Below are positions 1 through 10,169 of a stretch of DNA of 64,000 nucleotides, in pieces. Position 1 is the stretch's first letter. Each line of letters starts with the position of its first letter. Origin of the DNA: an uncultured Alphaproteobacteria bacterium (lineage in GTDB: Bacteria; Pseudomonadota; Alphaproteobacteria; Micavibrionales; Micavibrionaceae). The notes beneath the pieces were generated by a model. It searched no databases, was not told where the DNA came from, and was given only the letters and a program-made list of their open reading frames with translations. The DNA is taken from positions 368,860 to 432,859 of the forward strand of contig CAVUDD010000005.1 of NCBI GenBank assembly GCA_963740205.1, in the 5' to 3' direction. A program made the position numbers and the translations under genes.

Positions 1-1
1 A

Positions 2-181
2 GGTTATGCTGGTTGGAGCGAGGGACAGTTGGAGGAAGAATTAAAGGAAAATGCGTGGCTGGTTGCTGATGCAGATAATACACTTATTTTTGATACCAAC
101 ACAGCTAAGCTGTGGGAAAAAGCTGTTCAGACATTAGGTGTCGAGCCTAGTTTTCTAACCACCCATGCTGGAAACGCCTAA
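2..181 (+). CDS. YqgE/AlgH family (UPF0301) protein, C-terminal fragment; 5' end lies outside the window
   Basis: Frame 2 reads GYAGWSEGQLEEELKENAWLVADAD...LTTHAGNA, then TAA at 179-181. The GY(A/S)GW..GQLE motif and the GxA C-terminus are typical of this family. Confidence 0.6.
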   Translation, partial: GYAGWSEGQLEEELKENAWLVADADNTLIFDTNTAKLWEKAVQTLGVEPSFLTTHAGNA

Positions 182-217
182 GTCTTACTTATGACACTTC
201 CTCTACGCTATCTAATT

Positions 218-847
218 TCAATTAGATTTATTCAGCCCATATAAAATATGATCTTGGCGGAGGCCTTCAATTTCGACATAAGCTTTGGCGAGGCCCTCTT
301 CTTCAAAGCCAAGACGCTCAAGTAATTTACGGCTTCTAGTGTTATTGGGTAGAGTTGCTGCGTTCATTCTTTGTAATTTTAAAACAGAAAAGCCAAAACG
401 GATTATGGCGTCCAGTCCTTCATGCATAAGAGATTGCCCTTGTCTTTCCGCATCTATCCAATAGCCAAGCCAGCCATATTGCGCAGCACCTCTGCATACA
501 CTGTTAATATTGATACCCCCAATAAGCTCACCTGAAGGGCGTTCGAAAAGAAGAAAGGCATATGCATTATCTTCTTTCCATTCATGTTCCTGACGGTTGA
601 GTTTACGAGTAAAATATTTACGTTCATCCCAGCCTGTATTCCATTTTGGCTCGAACGGTGTCAGGTGGCTTTTGTTGTTGGTGCGAACTTCAATCCACTC
701 TTTCCAGTCCGTTTTTCTGGGCGCACGTATAGTCAGTCTTGGTGTCTTAATCAGGGTGTACTTATAAGAGGGGAAACCTTCTATTGTAAATTCTGATTTA
801 GTTTTGTTCATCGCGCGCTCAATTATTTGAAAGATATCTGTTTTCAA
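218..847 (-). CDS. GNAT family N-acetyltransferase (RimJ/RimL-like)
   Basis: 209-aa ORF with a TTG start. It has the RimJ-like layout (TPRLTIRAP...; ...QGQSLMHEGLDAIIRFGF...LQRMNAAT.P.N..S..LLERLGF). Confidence 0.7.
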   Translation of the reverse strand: MKTDIFQIIERAMNKTKSEFTIEGFPSYKYTLIKTPRLTIRAPRKTDWKEWIEVRTNNKSHLTPFEPKWNTGWDERKYFTRKLNRQEHEWKEDNAYAFLLFERPSGELIGGININSVCRGAAQYGWLGYWIDAERQGQSLMHEGLDAIIRFGFSVLKLQRMNAATLPNNTRSRKLLERLGFEEEGLAKAYVEIEGLRQDHILYGLNKSN

Positions 848-2403
848 GATGGGAAATCAAAAAGTCGGGCGATAGTTTATGTCCTGTCGCTTTCTTTATG
901 AGATCAGCAGGCGTATAGAGGCTTCCCATTTTATGAATGCGTGTATGAAGCCAATGTGTAATATCCTCGAAGTGCCCATTCTCTATCGAGCCATAGATTT
1001 TGGGAATATCGTCTTTCATCTTTTCAAAGATTTGGGCGGCAATAATATGCCCCAAGGAATAGGATTGAAAATATCCAAATTTGCCAACAAACCAATGCAC
1101 ATCTTGCAAGACACCTTGGGTATGGTTTTGTGGCATAACTCCCAATTTTTCATGCATCCATTCTGTCCAGTAGGCGGGGATATCTTTGACCTCGATTTTA
1201 CCTTCTATCAAATCACACTCAATTTGAAAGCGTAGGAAAATATGGAAGAAGTAAGTGACTTCATCGGCTTGTTTACGGTTTAGGGAGGGTTTGACCTCTG
1301 TTTTAATACGGTGCAGGTTTTCCGCGGTAAGCGATGGGTCACCAATAGTATGGAATAGACCCTCAAGGCGCGGTGCAAGAAACGTAAAGAACTCCGACGT
1401 ACGTCCAATCAGCATTTCAATAAATAGCGCCTGACTTTCATGGACTGTGGTGCCCATATCGAGTGCAACAGGTTGATAGGCCCATTCACCAGTAGCGGGT
1501 AATCCTTGCAGATAAATACCGTGCCCGCCTTCATGTAGGGCGGATTTCATAGAGTTCTAAAAAGTTCTTTGTATCCACGTTCTTGATAACAAGACGAGCA
1601 TCATCAGGTGTTCCACCTTCAACAGGCGAATGTCCTGTTTCATACAGAGCGCCTCTATTAAAATCAAACCCAAACAGACCAATAAGTGCTCGGTTAAGAA
1701 GCATTTGTGCTTCTGTTCCAAATGGTCCGCTCAAGGGAATGATTTCATCGCGCTGTTTTTGCCGGTCAATAATTTTAGGCATCATTTTGGTAAGCTCAAC
1801 ATCAAGCTTGTTAAACCATTTCCAAACAGTTGGCAGATCAAAGCCAGGGGAGTGATCTTGGACTAATGCCTCAAAAAGTGTTGAGCTATTACGCATTTTT
1901 GCTTTGCGCTCGGCGACGCGCCTTGTGTGATCCACGACTTTTTGTAAATGTTTTTCGGCCGTTGCCCAGTCACCATCAATCAAGATACCACGGTGTAGAC
2001 GACGCCCCTCATTAGCGATAAGAGCTGATTTCTCCATCAACTCATGATCCATAATGGCGTGTTTTTTATAATTATTGACCATACCTTTGAGGTTGGCAGT
2101 ATTCCATTCATCCCAATATTTAGGATGAGCATCAAGATGTTCTTGTGCTTCATCCAGCTCACGCTCGGCATCGCAACAAACAATATCATCATGGATGCGG
2201 CGCTGGAGGTAAGAAATTTGATCAATGCGGTTGCTATAGGCACCCTCGGGCATAGCAGTCAGGAAATCCCGCGAGATAATTTCAGCAATGGCTGCCAAAC
2301 GCCCGACGTTTCTGTGGCGACGCATTAGACGTTCATAGGCTTCACAAGGTAGAGAAGATTTCTTTTCAGCGGTCATGTCATCTACTATGTGAGAAGCCAT
2401 CAA
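819..2403 (-). pseudogene. M32 (Taq-type) carboxypeptidase, split by one frameshift
   Basis: ORFs 1531..2403 and 819..1550 overlap and together give a full M32 protein. The HEGGHGIY (HExxH), HESQ and DVHW...GYFQSYSLG motifs sit in the second ORF. Removing one base near 1555-1560 restores ...DTKNFLNSMKSALHEGGHG. Confidence 0.8.
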
Positions 2404-2886
2404 CCTTGTCTATAGCGAAACATAGAGAAATTTAAAGGTTAACAAGGTGTAAAGCATTTCACGGATTTGAAAAGAAAACGCACGAACTCACTAACACTGT
2501 TAATATTATGTAAACTATTTGGAGCGAAGGGCTTAAATAAGCGAAACCCTCGAATGAACGGGATCCGAGGGTTTGCAATGAGGGTATTTAGGTTGAAACT
2601 TATTTTTTGCCTGGCTTTGTAGGCTTTTTCTTTGTTGGCATGGTATACCTCTTGAAAGAAGTGGTGGTCACAACCGGCCATCAGGCGCAAAGGACTTCCA
2701 TTTGCATCTATAAATTTATCACGTTTATGGGCAAAAACGAGTGTTTTAAGCGCTTCTTATGAACTTCGCAATTCTATTTCAGTATTAGGGAAAGTGGCGT
2801 TTAAAATGGCCATCAAGGCTGTTTATTAGGAAACGACAAGGCAGATAAAAACTTGAATTATTATTTCAAGAATTTGCCTTTTCAAA

Positions 2887-2958
2887 GTCATCGCGAGGAA
2901 TGAAATGACGCCGCGATCCAGTCATTTTTCTGGATTACTTCGCTTTGCTCGCAATGAC
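2887..2958. repeat. Palindromic intergenic repeat, copy 1 (family shared with 14442-14514)
   Basis: GTCATCGCGAGGAA...TTTTTCTGGATT...TCGCAATGAC. The termini are inverted repeats of each other, and there is an inner ATCCAG/CTGGAT stem. Confidence 0.75.
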
Positions 2959-3025
2959 AGAGTATCTAGTTTTTAGGAATTCTCAAAACAGGTTTTAAAC
3001 CCTCTTACCATTTTAGTTATTATAT

Positions 3026-4880
3026 TTATTGATTGCCTATATATTTAAGCGGAAACCTCTTTGCAAAATAGCTAACACCAGCAGGTGTAAGGTGAAAACC
3101 ATCAAATGTCATCATGTCTTTATTTTCATCAAATAGAGCACATGTTTTATCGTTACAAAACATTTCTAAAGGGTCAATAAAAGGCACGCTTATGCTGTTT
3201 TCGATTTTTTTATTTATTATTAGAGTTTCTGGCTTTGGTAGTATGCGCATATCGTATCTTTTTGGTGTGGGCATATTAAGAATATCCTGTTGTGAATAGA
3301 TCATACGCTTTGTGCCGAAAACGATAAACTTGTCTCCGTATTCATCTACAAGATTTTTGAGACTCTGAGGTATGAAATCAATTTCCCATTCGTGCCAACC
3401 AAATGCAATAAAAACTATATCAGCGTCCTCCATCAGGTCTTCAGTTTTATCAGTAAAGCTTGTCGGCCTCACGACAGACTTTTTGTGAAGCTGGGGGGAT
3501 ATTGTGCTCAAAAGAGAGCGTTCAATATAGAGGTTACCGCAAATATTATTGACACGGACACTGCTGAATTGGAGCGGTTCATCCGTAGGAATTTCACTAA
3601 GAATATTTATAAGATCACCAGAGTTACTATCACCCACTATTAGGATTTTTTTTCCAGAATTTTCAACAAATGGCTTTCCCTCGTGTTGGTTTTTAATAAA
3701 CCATACTAGTTCGCCATAATTTTTACGTGATTGAAAAATCCGCATATCATCGTCAGAGTAGCGCCATAAATTACCTTTTGTTAATGTGCCAACGAAGCCA
3801 AGGCCACAAGTAAATAAGACTGCAATTATACTGAGCTTAAAAATAGCGCTTCTGCTAAACTTTGATTTGTCACGAAATGGGTTTTCTACGTATTTCCAGC
3901 TAAGATAGGATATAGGGAAAACAGCTATGGATAGTGCAAACATTAAAGTAGGTGTGAGGTCTTCATCTATAGTGTGGCGGGCGAAAGCGAGAATAGGCTG
4001 ATGCCATAGGTACGCGCTGTATGAAAGTAAACCGATCATGACAATTATTCGTATACTAAGAAGATGATAAACGAATGTTCCACTGTTGGCATAAATTATA
4101 ATAAGAGCCGTACCAATTGTAGGAACAAGTGCATATAAACTTGGAAAGGGCGTTTCTTTATCAAAATTAAAAATTGCAAAAAGAATAAATGCCAATCCGA
4201 ATATACTACCAACTTGTTGGAAAGGATTATCTTTTCTTATGGGTGTTTTATATAAATAAATTGCAACAAAAGCACCAATAAGAAGTTCCCATCCTCTCGT
4301 AGGTAGAAGATAGAAGGTGGGACTTGGCGCATTATAAGCCCCCCATTGTGCAAGTGATATACTAAAGTAAAAATGTGAGAATTAAAATTCCAATAATGGT
4401 GTGTAACCCCCAGCGCCAAAAAAGCAGGAAAAGTACAGGAAAAAATATATAGTATTGTTCTTCAACTGCTAGACTCCATGTATGAAGCAGAGGCTTTAGT
4501 TCGGCTGAGTGTCAAAGTATCCTGCCTGTGTCCAAAAGAAGATATTAGACCAAAAGGTAGAGGCAGAAATTATACTTTTCGAGAAGTCTTCCGCAGCATC
4601 GGGCAAGGAGGATAAAATAGGCAAATGGAATGCAGGAAAAAATAACAAGAAAGAGAGCGGGGAATATGCGTCTGGCTCTGCGCTCGTAAAAATGGATAAT
4701 GCTAAATTTACCTAGATGCATCTCTTTGAGAATAATACTGGTAATTAAAAATCCACTGATGACGAAAAAGACGTCGACACCAACAAACCCCCCGCTAAAT
4801 AGGGAAAATCCTGCGTGGAACAGGATAACAGGAAGAACGGCAATGGCTCTTAACCCATCTATTTCAGGACGGTATTTCAA
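3026..4880 (-). pseudogene. Acyltransferase-3 (OafA/YrhL-like) O-acyltransferase with a C-terminal SGNH domain, with multiple frameshifts
   Basis: The N-terminus (4545..4880) reads MKYRPEIDGLRAIAVLPVILFHAG...VDVFFVISGFLIT. The C-terminus (3026..4195) has a GDSNSGD SGNH block. The expected middle motifs (HTWSLAVEEQYY, FYLLPTRGWELLIGA) lie in other frames between about 4200 and 4620. Confidence 0.75.
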
Positions 4881-5010
4881 GAGTTAGATTCCCCTCTCAA
4901 TATTTCAATCTGTACGTTTTTCTTTAAAGATGACATATGGATACTCTCATTATGAGAGATAGTTTAACTCAAGAACTGTAATTTACAATCTCTGCCCTAT
5001 ATATGTATCT

Positions 5011-5220
5011 ATGAAACTCCTGACCACGACATATTCAGTGTTTGAAGCCGACATTATCACCACGAAGTTAAGGGCGAGCGGTATAGAGGCTTTCCCACAT
5101 TCGCGAGAACACATGGCACAAGATGCCCTTGTCGGGATTGCCCTTGGCGGTGTCCGTATTATGGTGCATGAGGATGATTACCACTCCGCCCTCGAAATCC
5201 TCAATGATGTTGAAGAGTAG
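5011..5220 (+). CDS. DUF2007-like small protein (putative signal-transducing fold)
   Basis: 69-aa ORF reading MKLLTTTYSVFEADIITTKLRASGIEAF...ALEILNDVEE. This resemblance is recalled from family knowledge, not from a search. Confidence 0.45.
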   Translation: MKLLTTTYSVFEADIITTKLRASGIEAFPHSREHMAQDALVGIALGGVRIMVHEDDYHSALEILNDVEE

Positions 5221-5736
5221 CTATTTAAGGTTTTTTGAACTATAGCGATTAATAAAACATGGCACGTGAGTGATCAAAGGCAGTTGAAGCTTGATAAAGC
5301 CAGCATCGTAAGAGTATAGGCATGCGCGAAGTTTAAGATATTTTCGTTTGATGCAAATCGTAGCTTCCATAAATGGGCAAACAAAAGTGTAAAAGAACCG
5401 TAGGTAAGCAGTACCCAAAGTAAAAAGGGACTCTTTTCTAAGTACGCAATATTTTTCCATGATTCTATATTTGATTTGATAACAAAATACTCTTCCATTT
5501 AAGGTGCGCCACGTTTGATGTAAGTTCGTTTTTATGTCCACATGTTTTGTGAATCATACTTCGTATCCATTCCCATTGCGAACGTATGTTCCTTCACGTC
5601 CTTCAACCGTATAAACGCAAAAATCCTCTCCTGTATTTGTACCTTGTAAAAAGAGGTCGAAATAAATGAAAAAAGCACGCAGATTAGAGCTATTACCCAA
5701 TAACTAAATGCTGTCCTGAAAAACTTAATAATCACA

Positions 5737-7328
5737 TCACTCCCACTCGATGGTGCCGGGTGGTTTGGATGTGATGTCGTAAACCACTCTGTTGATACCA
5801 CGTACTTCATTGATAATGCGGGTGGACACACGGCTCAAAAATTCGTGGTCGAAATGGTAGTAATCCGCAGTCATTCCATCGGTTGAAGTGACAGCGCGTA
5901 GCGCGCAGACAAAATCATAAGTTCTGTCGTCACCCATCACACCGACGGTTTTCACAGGTAGAAGCACGGCAAAGGCCTGCCATATTGCATCATAAAGACC
6001 TGCGTTTTTAATCTCTTCAAGATAGACCGTGTCGGCCTTTCTTAAAATCTCAAGTTTTTCACCAGTGATTTCACCGGGTAGGCGAATGGCAAGTCCAGGC
6101 CCGGGGAAGGGGTGGCGTTTGATAAAGTCCTCGGGCATACCAAGTTCTTTACCCAAGATGCGTACCTCGTCTTTAAATAATTCACGCAAGGCTCAACGAG
6201 TTGTAAGTCCATGCGTTCAGGCAAGTCCACCGACATTATGATGTGATTTGATTGTGACCGATGGCCCACCTGTAAAGGACACGGATTCAATCACATCTGG
6301 ATAAAGTGTACCTTGTGCCAAGAAATCAACCTCGCCAATACGCAGGGCGATTTCCTCGAACACATCAATGAAGGTCGCGCCAATAATTTTACGTTTCATT
6401 TCGGGGTCTGATACACCCTGTAGAAGTCCAAGAAAGCGTTTTCCTGCATCCTCATGGATAAGTGGAATGTTGTAATGATTACGGAACAATGAGACGACTT
6501 GGTCACTTTCCCCTGCACGCATCATGCCGGTGTCGACATAAATACAGGTTAATTGATCGCCAATTGCCTCGTGCAATAAAACCGCAGTCACGGATGAATC
6601 TACACCGCCTGAAAGCCCGCAAATAACCTTACCCTTGCCGACCTGTTTCCGAATTTTTGCAATGGCTTCTTCCTTGAACGCCGCCATAGTCCAGTCACCA
6701 TCACATTCGCACACATTATGCGTAAAGTTTTTGAGGAGTTGAACGCCGTGCGGGGTGTGAACAACCTCGGGGTGGAATTGTACGGCATAGAATTTACGTT
6801 TTTCATCCGCGATAAATGCATAGGGCGCGCCCTCGGATGTTCCAATAATTTTGAAACCTTCGGGCAGTTCTGTAACGCGGTCGCCGTGGCTCATCCAGAC
6901 TTGTTCATGTGCGCCTTCGTCCCAAACACCATCGGTAACAGGTGTGTTGGCCTTTACATCAACATAGGCACGACCAAATTCTTTGTGTTCGGAGGATCTC
7001 ACCTTGCCACCTAATTGTTGAACCATGGTTTGTTGTCCATAACAAATTCCAAATAGGGGCAATCCCATATTGAATAAACCATCGGGCGCGCGCGGAAAAT
7101 CTTCCCATGTCACACTTTGGGGGCCACCAGAAAGAATAACACCCTTGGGATTATAGGCCTGAATACGCTCTACGCTTGCCTGATTAAATGGCCAAATCTC
7201 GCAATAGACACCAGACTCTCTGACACGGCGGGCAATAAGCTGTGTAACTTGAAGCCGAAATCCAAAATAAGAATTCTATCGTGCTTCTTTTGGATTTCAG
7301 TGAGTGATGTTTTTTGTTCTGCTTGCAT
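5737..7328 (-). pseudogene. guaA: GMP synthase (glutamine-hydrolysing), interrupted by three single-base frame changes
   Basis: The N-terminus [16 protein letters not shown] runs from ATG 7328 and then goes out of frame near 7250-7256. The middle ORF is 6217..7113 (SGGVDSS ATP-PPase motif). [12 protein letters not shown] is in a third frame (6190-6222). The C-terminus is 5737..6189 (...KPPGTIEWE). Confidence 0.9.
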
Positions 7329-7433
7329 GAAATAGTTTTAGCGAAAGGATGGGTGAAAAGAAAGCTTTGAAAATAAAAAAAAATCCTTAAACATAAATTA
7401 CAAAATTAGAGAATTTTAAATTGGAAGTTTGAA

Positions 7434-8072
7434 ATGGCGGAACGCTTTATTTGTCTTGGTGACTCTATAACAGAGGGGATTGGTGATCAAAAAAAGATAG
7501 GCTGGCCCGGAAGGCTCTCACAGCTTATAGAAAATACGTACCCTGATAGGTGGCATATTCATAATTTAGGCATTGCAGGCGATACAACTTCGGATATTTC
7601 CCATAGATTCTTCTCAGAAGTCTTGTATAGAAGGCCACAAAGACTGGTTATATGCGCTGGGGTAAATAATTCAGTGGAGATTTTAAGGCCAAACTCTAGT
7701 GGTACCAAGTTAAGTAAAGAATATACAAAAAGCCTTTGGGAAGGACTTGCGGACGAAATTACCAAATCAAAAATAAGTACGGTTCTTTTAGGTCTACCGC
7801 CTGTAAATGAAGAGCTTTTTCCACTAATATATAAGCCCTATGATAAGGAAGACAAAGGAATTCGGTTATTCAATGCAGAGATAAAAAAACGTGAAGATAT
7901 AATATTTTCAATATGCAGAGAAAAGAGTTTGGAATTTATTCCATTACACGAAAATCTTTTAAAAACGGATTATGTGGCACATCTCTCGGACGGTCTGCAC
8001 CCAGATGCTAATGGCTATGATATTCTGGCCGAATTTCTCTTTAATGAGTTCAAAAAGATACAGTTTTTGTAG
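7434..8072 (+). CDS. SGNH/GDSL hydrolase family protein
   Basis: Contains ICLGDSITEGIGD (block I), GINNS-like (block III) and DGLHPDANGY (block V). Confidence 0.65.
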   Translation: MAERFICLGDSITEGIGDQKKIGWPGRLSQLIENTYPDRWHIHNLGIAGDTTSDISHRFFSEVLYRRPQRLVICAGVNNSVEILRPNSSGTKLSKEYTKSLWEGLADEITKSKISTVLLGLPPVNEELFPLIYKPYDKEDKGIRLFNAEIKKREDIIFSICREKSLEFIPLHENLLKTDYVAHLSDGLHPDANGYDILAEFLFNEFKKIQFL

Positions 8073-8089
8073 TCCCGTTGCCTGTATTC

Positions 8090-9181
8090 TCAAAGATGAG
8101 CTTCGGCTTTTTCTTGAAGATATGATATTGATTCCTCAATGCCAATTTGTCTGTATCCATGAATAATTTGCAAAAATTCCTCTTCAATTTTTTTTAAATC
8201 ATAAAGTTGGTCCCCATAATCCTGTTTTTTTAGATTACTGAGTAGGGACATCTGGGAGAATTTATCATCTGAGAAAATTAAGCTAGCCGCTTGGCGTAAG
8301 ACAACTCCAAGATTTGAAGAGGGGTAATTGCAAAAAATAATTCCGTCATCTTTTGTTGAAGTGAGTGTATTTGTATAAATTCTGAAATCATGTGCTTCAT
8401 GGTCAAAATCGTATTTAATCTGTGGAGCGGGAAAGCCACTAGCAAATTTACCGACGCCAAATCTCATGAGCATTTCACTACCAGTTTTTTCACAAATAAA
8501 AGTTAAACAATCTGTTCCATAAACTTCGTAGGCGTTTTCACTATCTTTAGGAACAAGTCTATCCTTTATTACATCAGACATAACTTTGTCTGTGGCTTTA
8601 AAAAGAAATATCTGTTCGAACAGACCGTCGCAGCCCTCCAAATTTTTTGAATTGGCTTTATATCTCGTGCCATTTTCGTCAACAATAATTGGTGAGGCGA
8701 CAGGCCCAATGTTAATTGCTTTAACAGATTTTAGAGGTTCAAGAGATAAGTTGTGTGAGGCAAGCTTTTCAGACACATAAGTCTCTATTTGCTGAATAAG
8801 GCTTGTGCCATAAGAATAACCAATAAAATTGATATTCTTGAAAAAGTCAGTGGCCTCGGCAAGGTATCTGGATGATTCCATTGTGGACCAAACATTGCAA
8901 ACATTATCGGGTAAAAATATTTTATCGACTATGTTTATTGCTTCTTGCGTAATTTTCCCCGTTTTTTCAACATCCATCATCTGCGTAGCTGTTTTTTCAA
9001 CATTGGCCTCTTCGTTGAAGACGCAGGTCAGAAGTCTATGAGGTTTCGCCATGAAGAGACAATCACGAAGAATATTTGAAAAGTTATCTGAAAGCCCAAT
9101 ATTATTAAGATGAAGTAAGCCCCCCAAAAATATCACAGTAGGTTCCCCTTCATTGACGGAAGGGGGGAAGAGTAGCGACAA
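8090..9181 (-). CDS. Hypothetical protein with an alpha/beta-hydrolase-like GxSxG (GYSYG) motif
   Basis: 363-aa ORF containing VIFLGGL...NFIGYSYGTSL...DFDHEAHD. I do not recognise a family. The region looks AT-rich by eye. Confidence 0.35.
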   Translation of the reverse strand: MSLLFPPSVNEGEPTVIFLGGLLHLNNIGLSDNFSNILRDCLFMAKPHRLLTCVFNEEANVEKTATQMMDVEKTGKITQEAINIVDKIFLPDNVCNVWSTMESSRYLAEATDFFKNINFIGYSYGTSLIQQIETYVSEKLASHNLSLEPLKSVKAINIGPVASPIIVDENGTRYKANSKNLEGCDGLFEQIFLFKATDKVMSDVIKDRLVPKDSENAYEVYGTDCLTFICEKTGSEMLMRFGVGKFASGFPAPQIKYDFDHEAHDFRIYTNTLTSTKDDGIIFCNYPSSNLGVVLRQAASLIFSDDKFSQMSLLSNLKKQDYGDQLYDLKKIEEEFLQIIHGYRQIGIEESISYLQEKAEAHL

Positions 9182-9302
9182 TAACTATCACTTATTTCCA
9201 TAAAAAAAGACATGCCTAGTTTATAAATTTTGTATATTTATATGTCAATAAATTTTCTTGTTATAACTTGCAGAAATAAGCGGAACAAGACATTGTCAAA
9301 TA

Positions 9303-10133
9303 ATGACAAGCATATCATTTGAATTTTTTCCTCCCAAAAGTGATAAGGCACAAGAGAGTCTTCTTAAGACTGCGCAATCCCTTGATACACTTAACCCCCT
9401 TTTCTTTTCGGTGACCTATGGTGCTGGGGGATCAACACAGGATGGTACTCTGGATGTTGCCTGCGCCCTGATAGAAAGAGTGGCCGCCGATATTGCCGCC
9501 CATCTTACCTTTATTAATACTGATATTTCCAAGCTTAAGGACTATGTTGATACGCTTTGGGACGCAGGTATTAAACGTCTTGTGGCTTTGCGCGGTGATT
9601 TATCGCCTGATTTGAATTGGCCACTTGATCCCGATGGAAACTATTTCCAGTACACATCCGATTTTGTCGAGGCTTTGCTTGAATGGCATGATTTTGATAT
9701 TTCGGTTGGCGCTTATCCTGAAAAACATCCTGATGCACCAAGTATGAAATCTGACCTGATAGCGTTGAAGAAAAAATGTGATGCTGGTGCGCACAGAGCC
9801 ATTACACAATTCTTTTTTGGCAATGACATATTTTATAGTTTTTGTGAGCGTGTACATGCCATGCAAATTGACACACCTATGGTTCCAGGACTTCTTCCTA
9901 TCCATGATTTTGACAATATGGTGAAGTTTGCAAAACGCTGTGAGGCGACTGTGCCGTTATGGGTGCATGAAAAATTTGAGAATAAATCCGATGAGGACCG
10001 TAAGAAGGTTGCCCAAGAGATTTTGAATGAACAGGTTTTCGAACTTGTAAAACAAGGTGTGCCGCACATCCATTTTTATACGCTCAATAAAGATGACATG
10101 GTTATTGAGGCTTGCAAGCAAGCAGGTCTTTAG
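9303..10133 (+). CDS. metF: Methylenetetrahydrofolate reductase
   Basis: SFEFFPPKS...FFSVTYGAGGST...RGD...FDISVGAYPEKHP, a typical MetF. Confidence 0.9.
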   Translation: MTSISFEFFPPKSDKAQESLLKTAQSLDTLNPLFFSVTYGAGGSTQDGTLDVACALIERVAADIAAHLTFINTDISKLKDYVDTLWDAGIKRLVALRGDLSPDLNWPLDPDGNYFQYTSDFVEALLEWHDFDISVGAYPEKHPDAPSMKSDLIALKKKCDAGAHRAITQFFFGNDIFYSFCERVHAMQIDTPMVPGLLPIHDFDNMVKFAKRCEATVPLWVHEKFENKSDEDRKKVAQEILNEQVFELVKQGVPHIHFYTLNKDDMVIEACKQAGL

Positions 10134-10169
10134 CTTTAATAACCCAAGAAATATCTAAAGGAGTGATTT

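Noticed and set aside
2439-2690. 83-aa ORF from the track in the M32 upstream region.
   Set aside because: It spans a hairpin and the mini-ORF region, and its translation has no protein-like features.
5221-5736. Small minus-strand ORFs (5221..5541, 5274..5498, 5532..5831) downstream of guaA.
   Set aside because: They are mutually overlapping and AT-rich, with no recognisable motifs or clear RBS. One hydrophobic 64-aa reading (GTG about 5726 to 5532) is possible but unsupported.
9182-9302. Possible SAM or cobalamin riboswitch upstream of the metF-metE operon.
   Set aside because: The leader is only about 120 nt and very AT-rich. I could not recognise the conserved cores of the SAM-II/SAM-V or B12 elements. 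Only a weak CTTGTT...AACAAG hairpin is present. An Infernal/Rfam scan would be needed.
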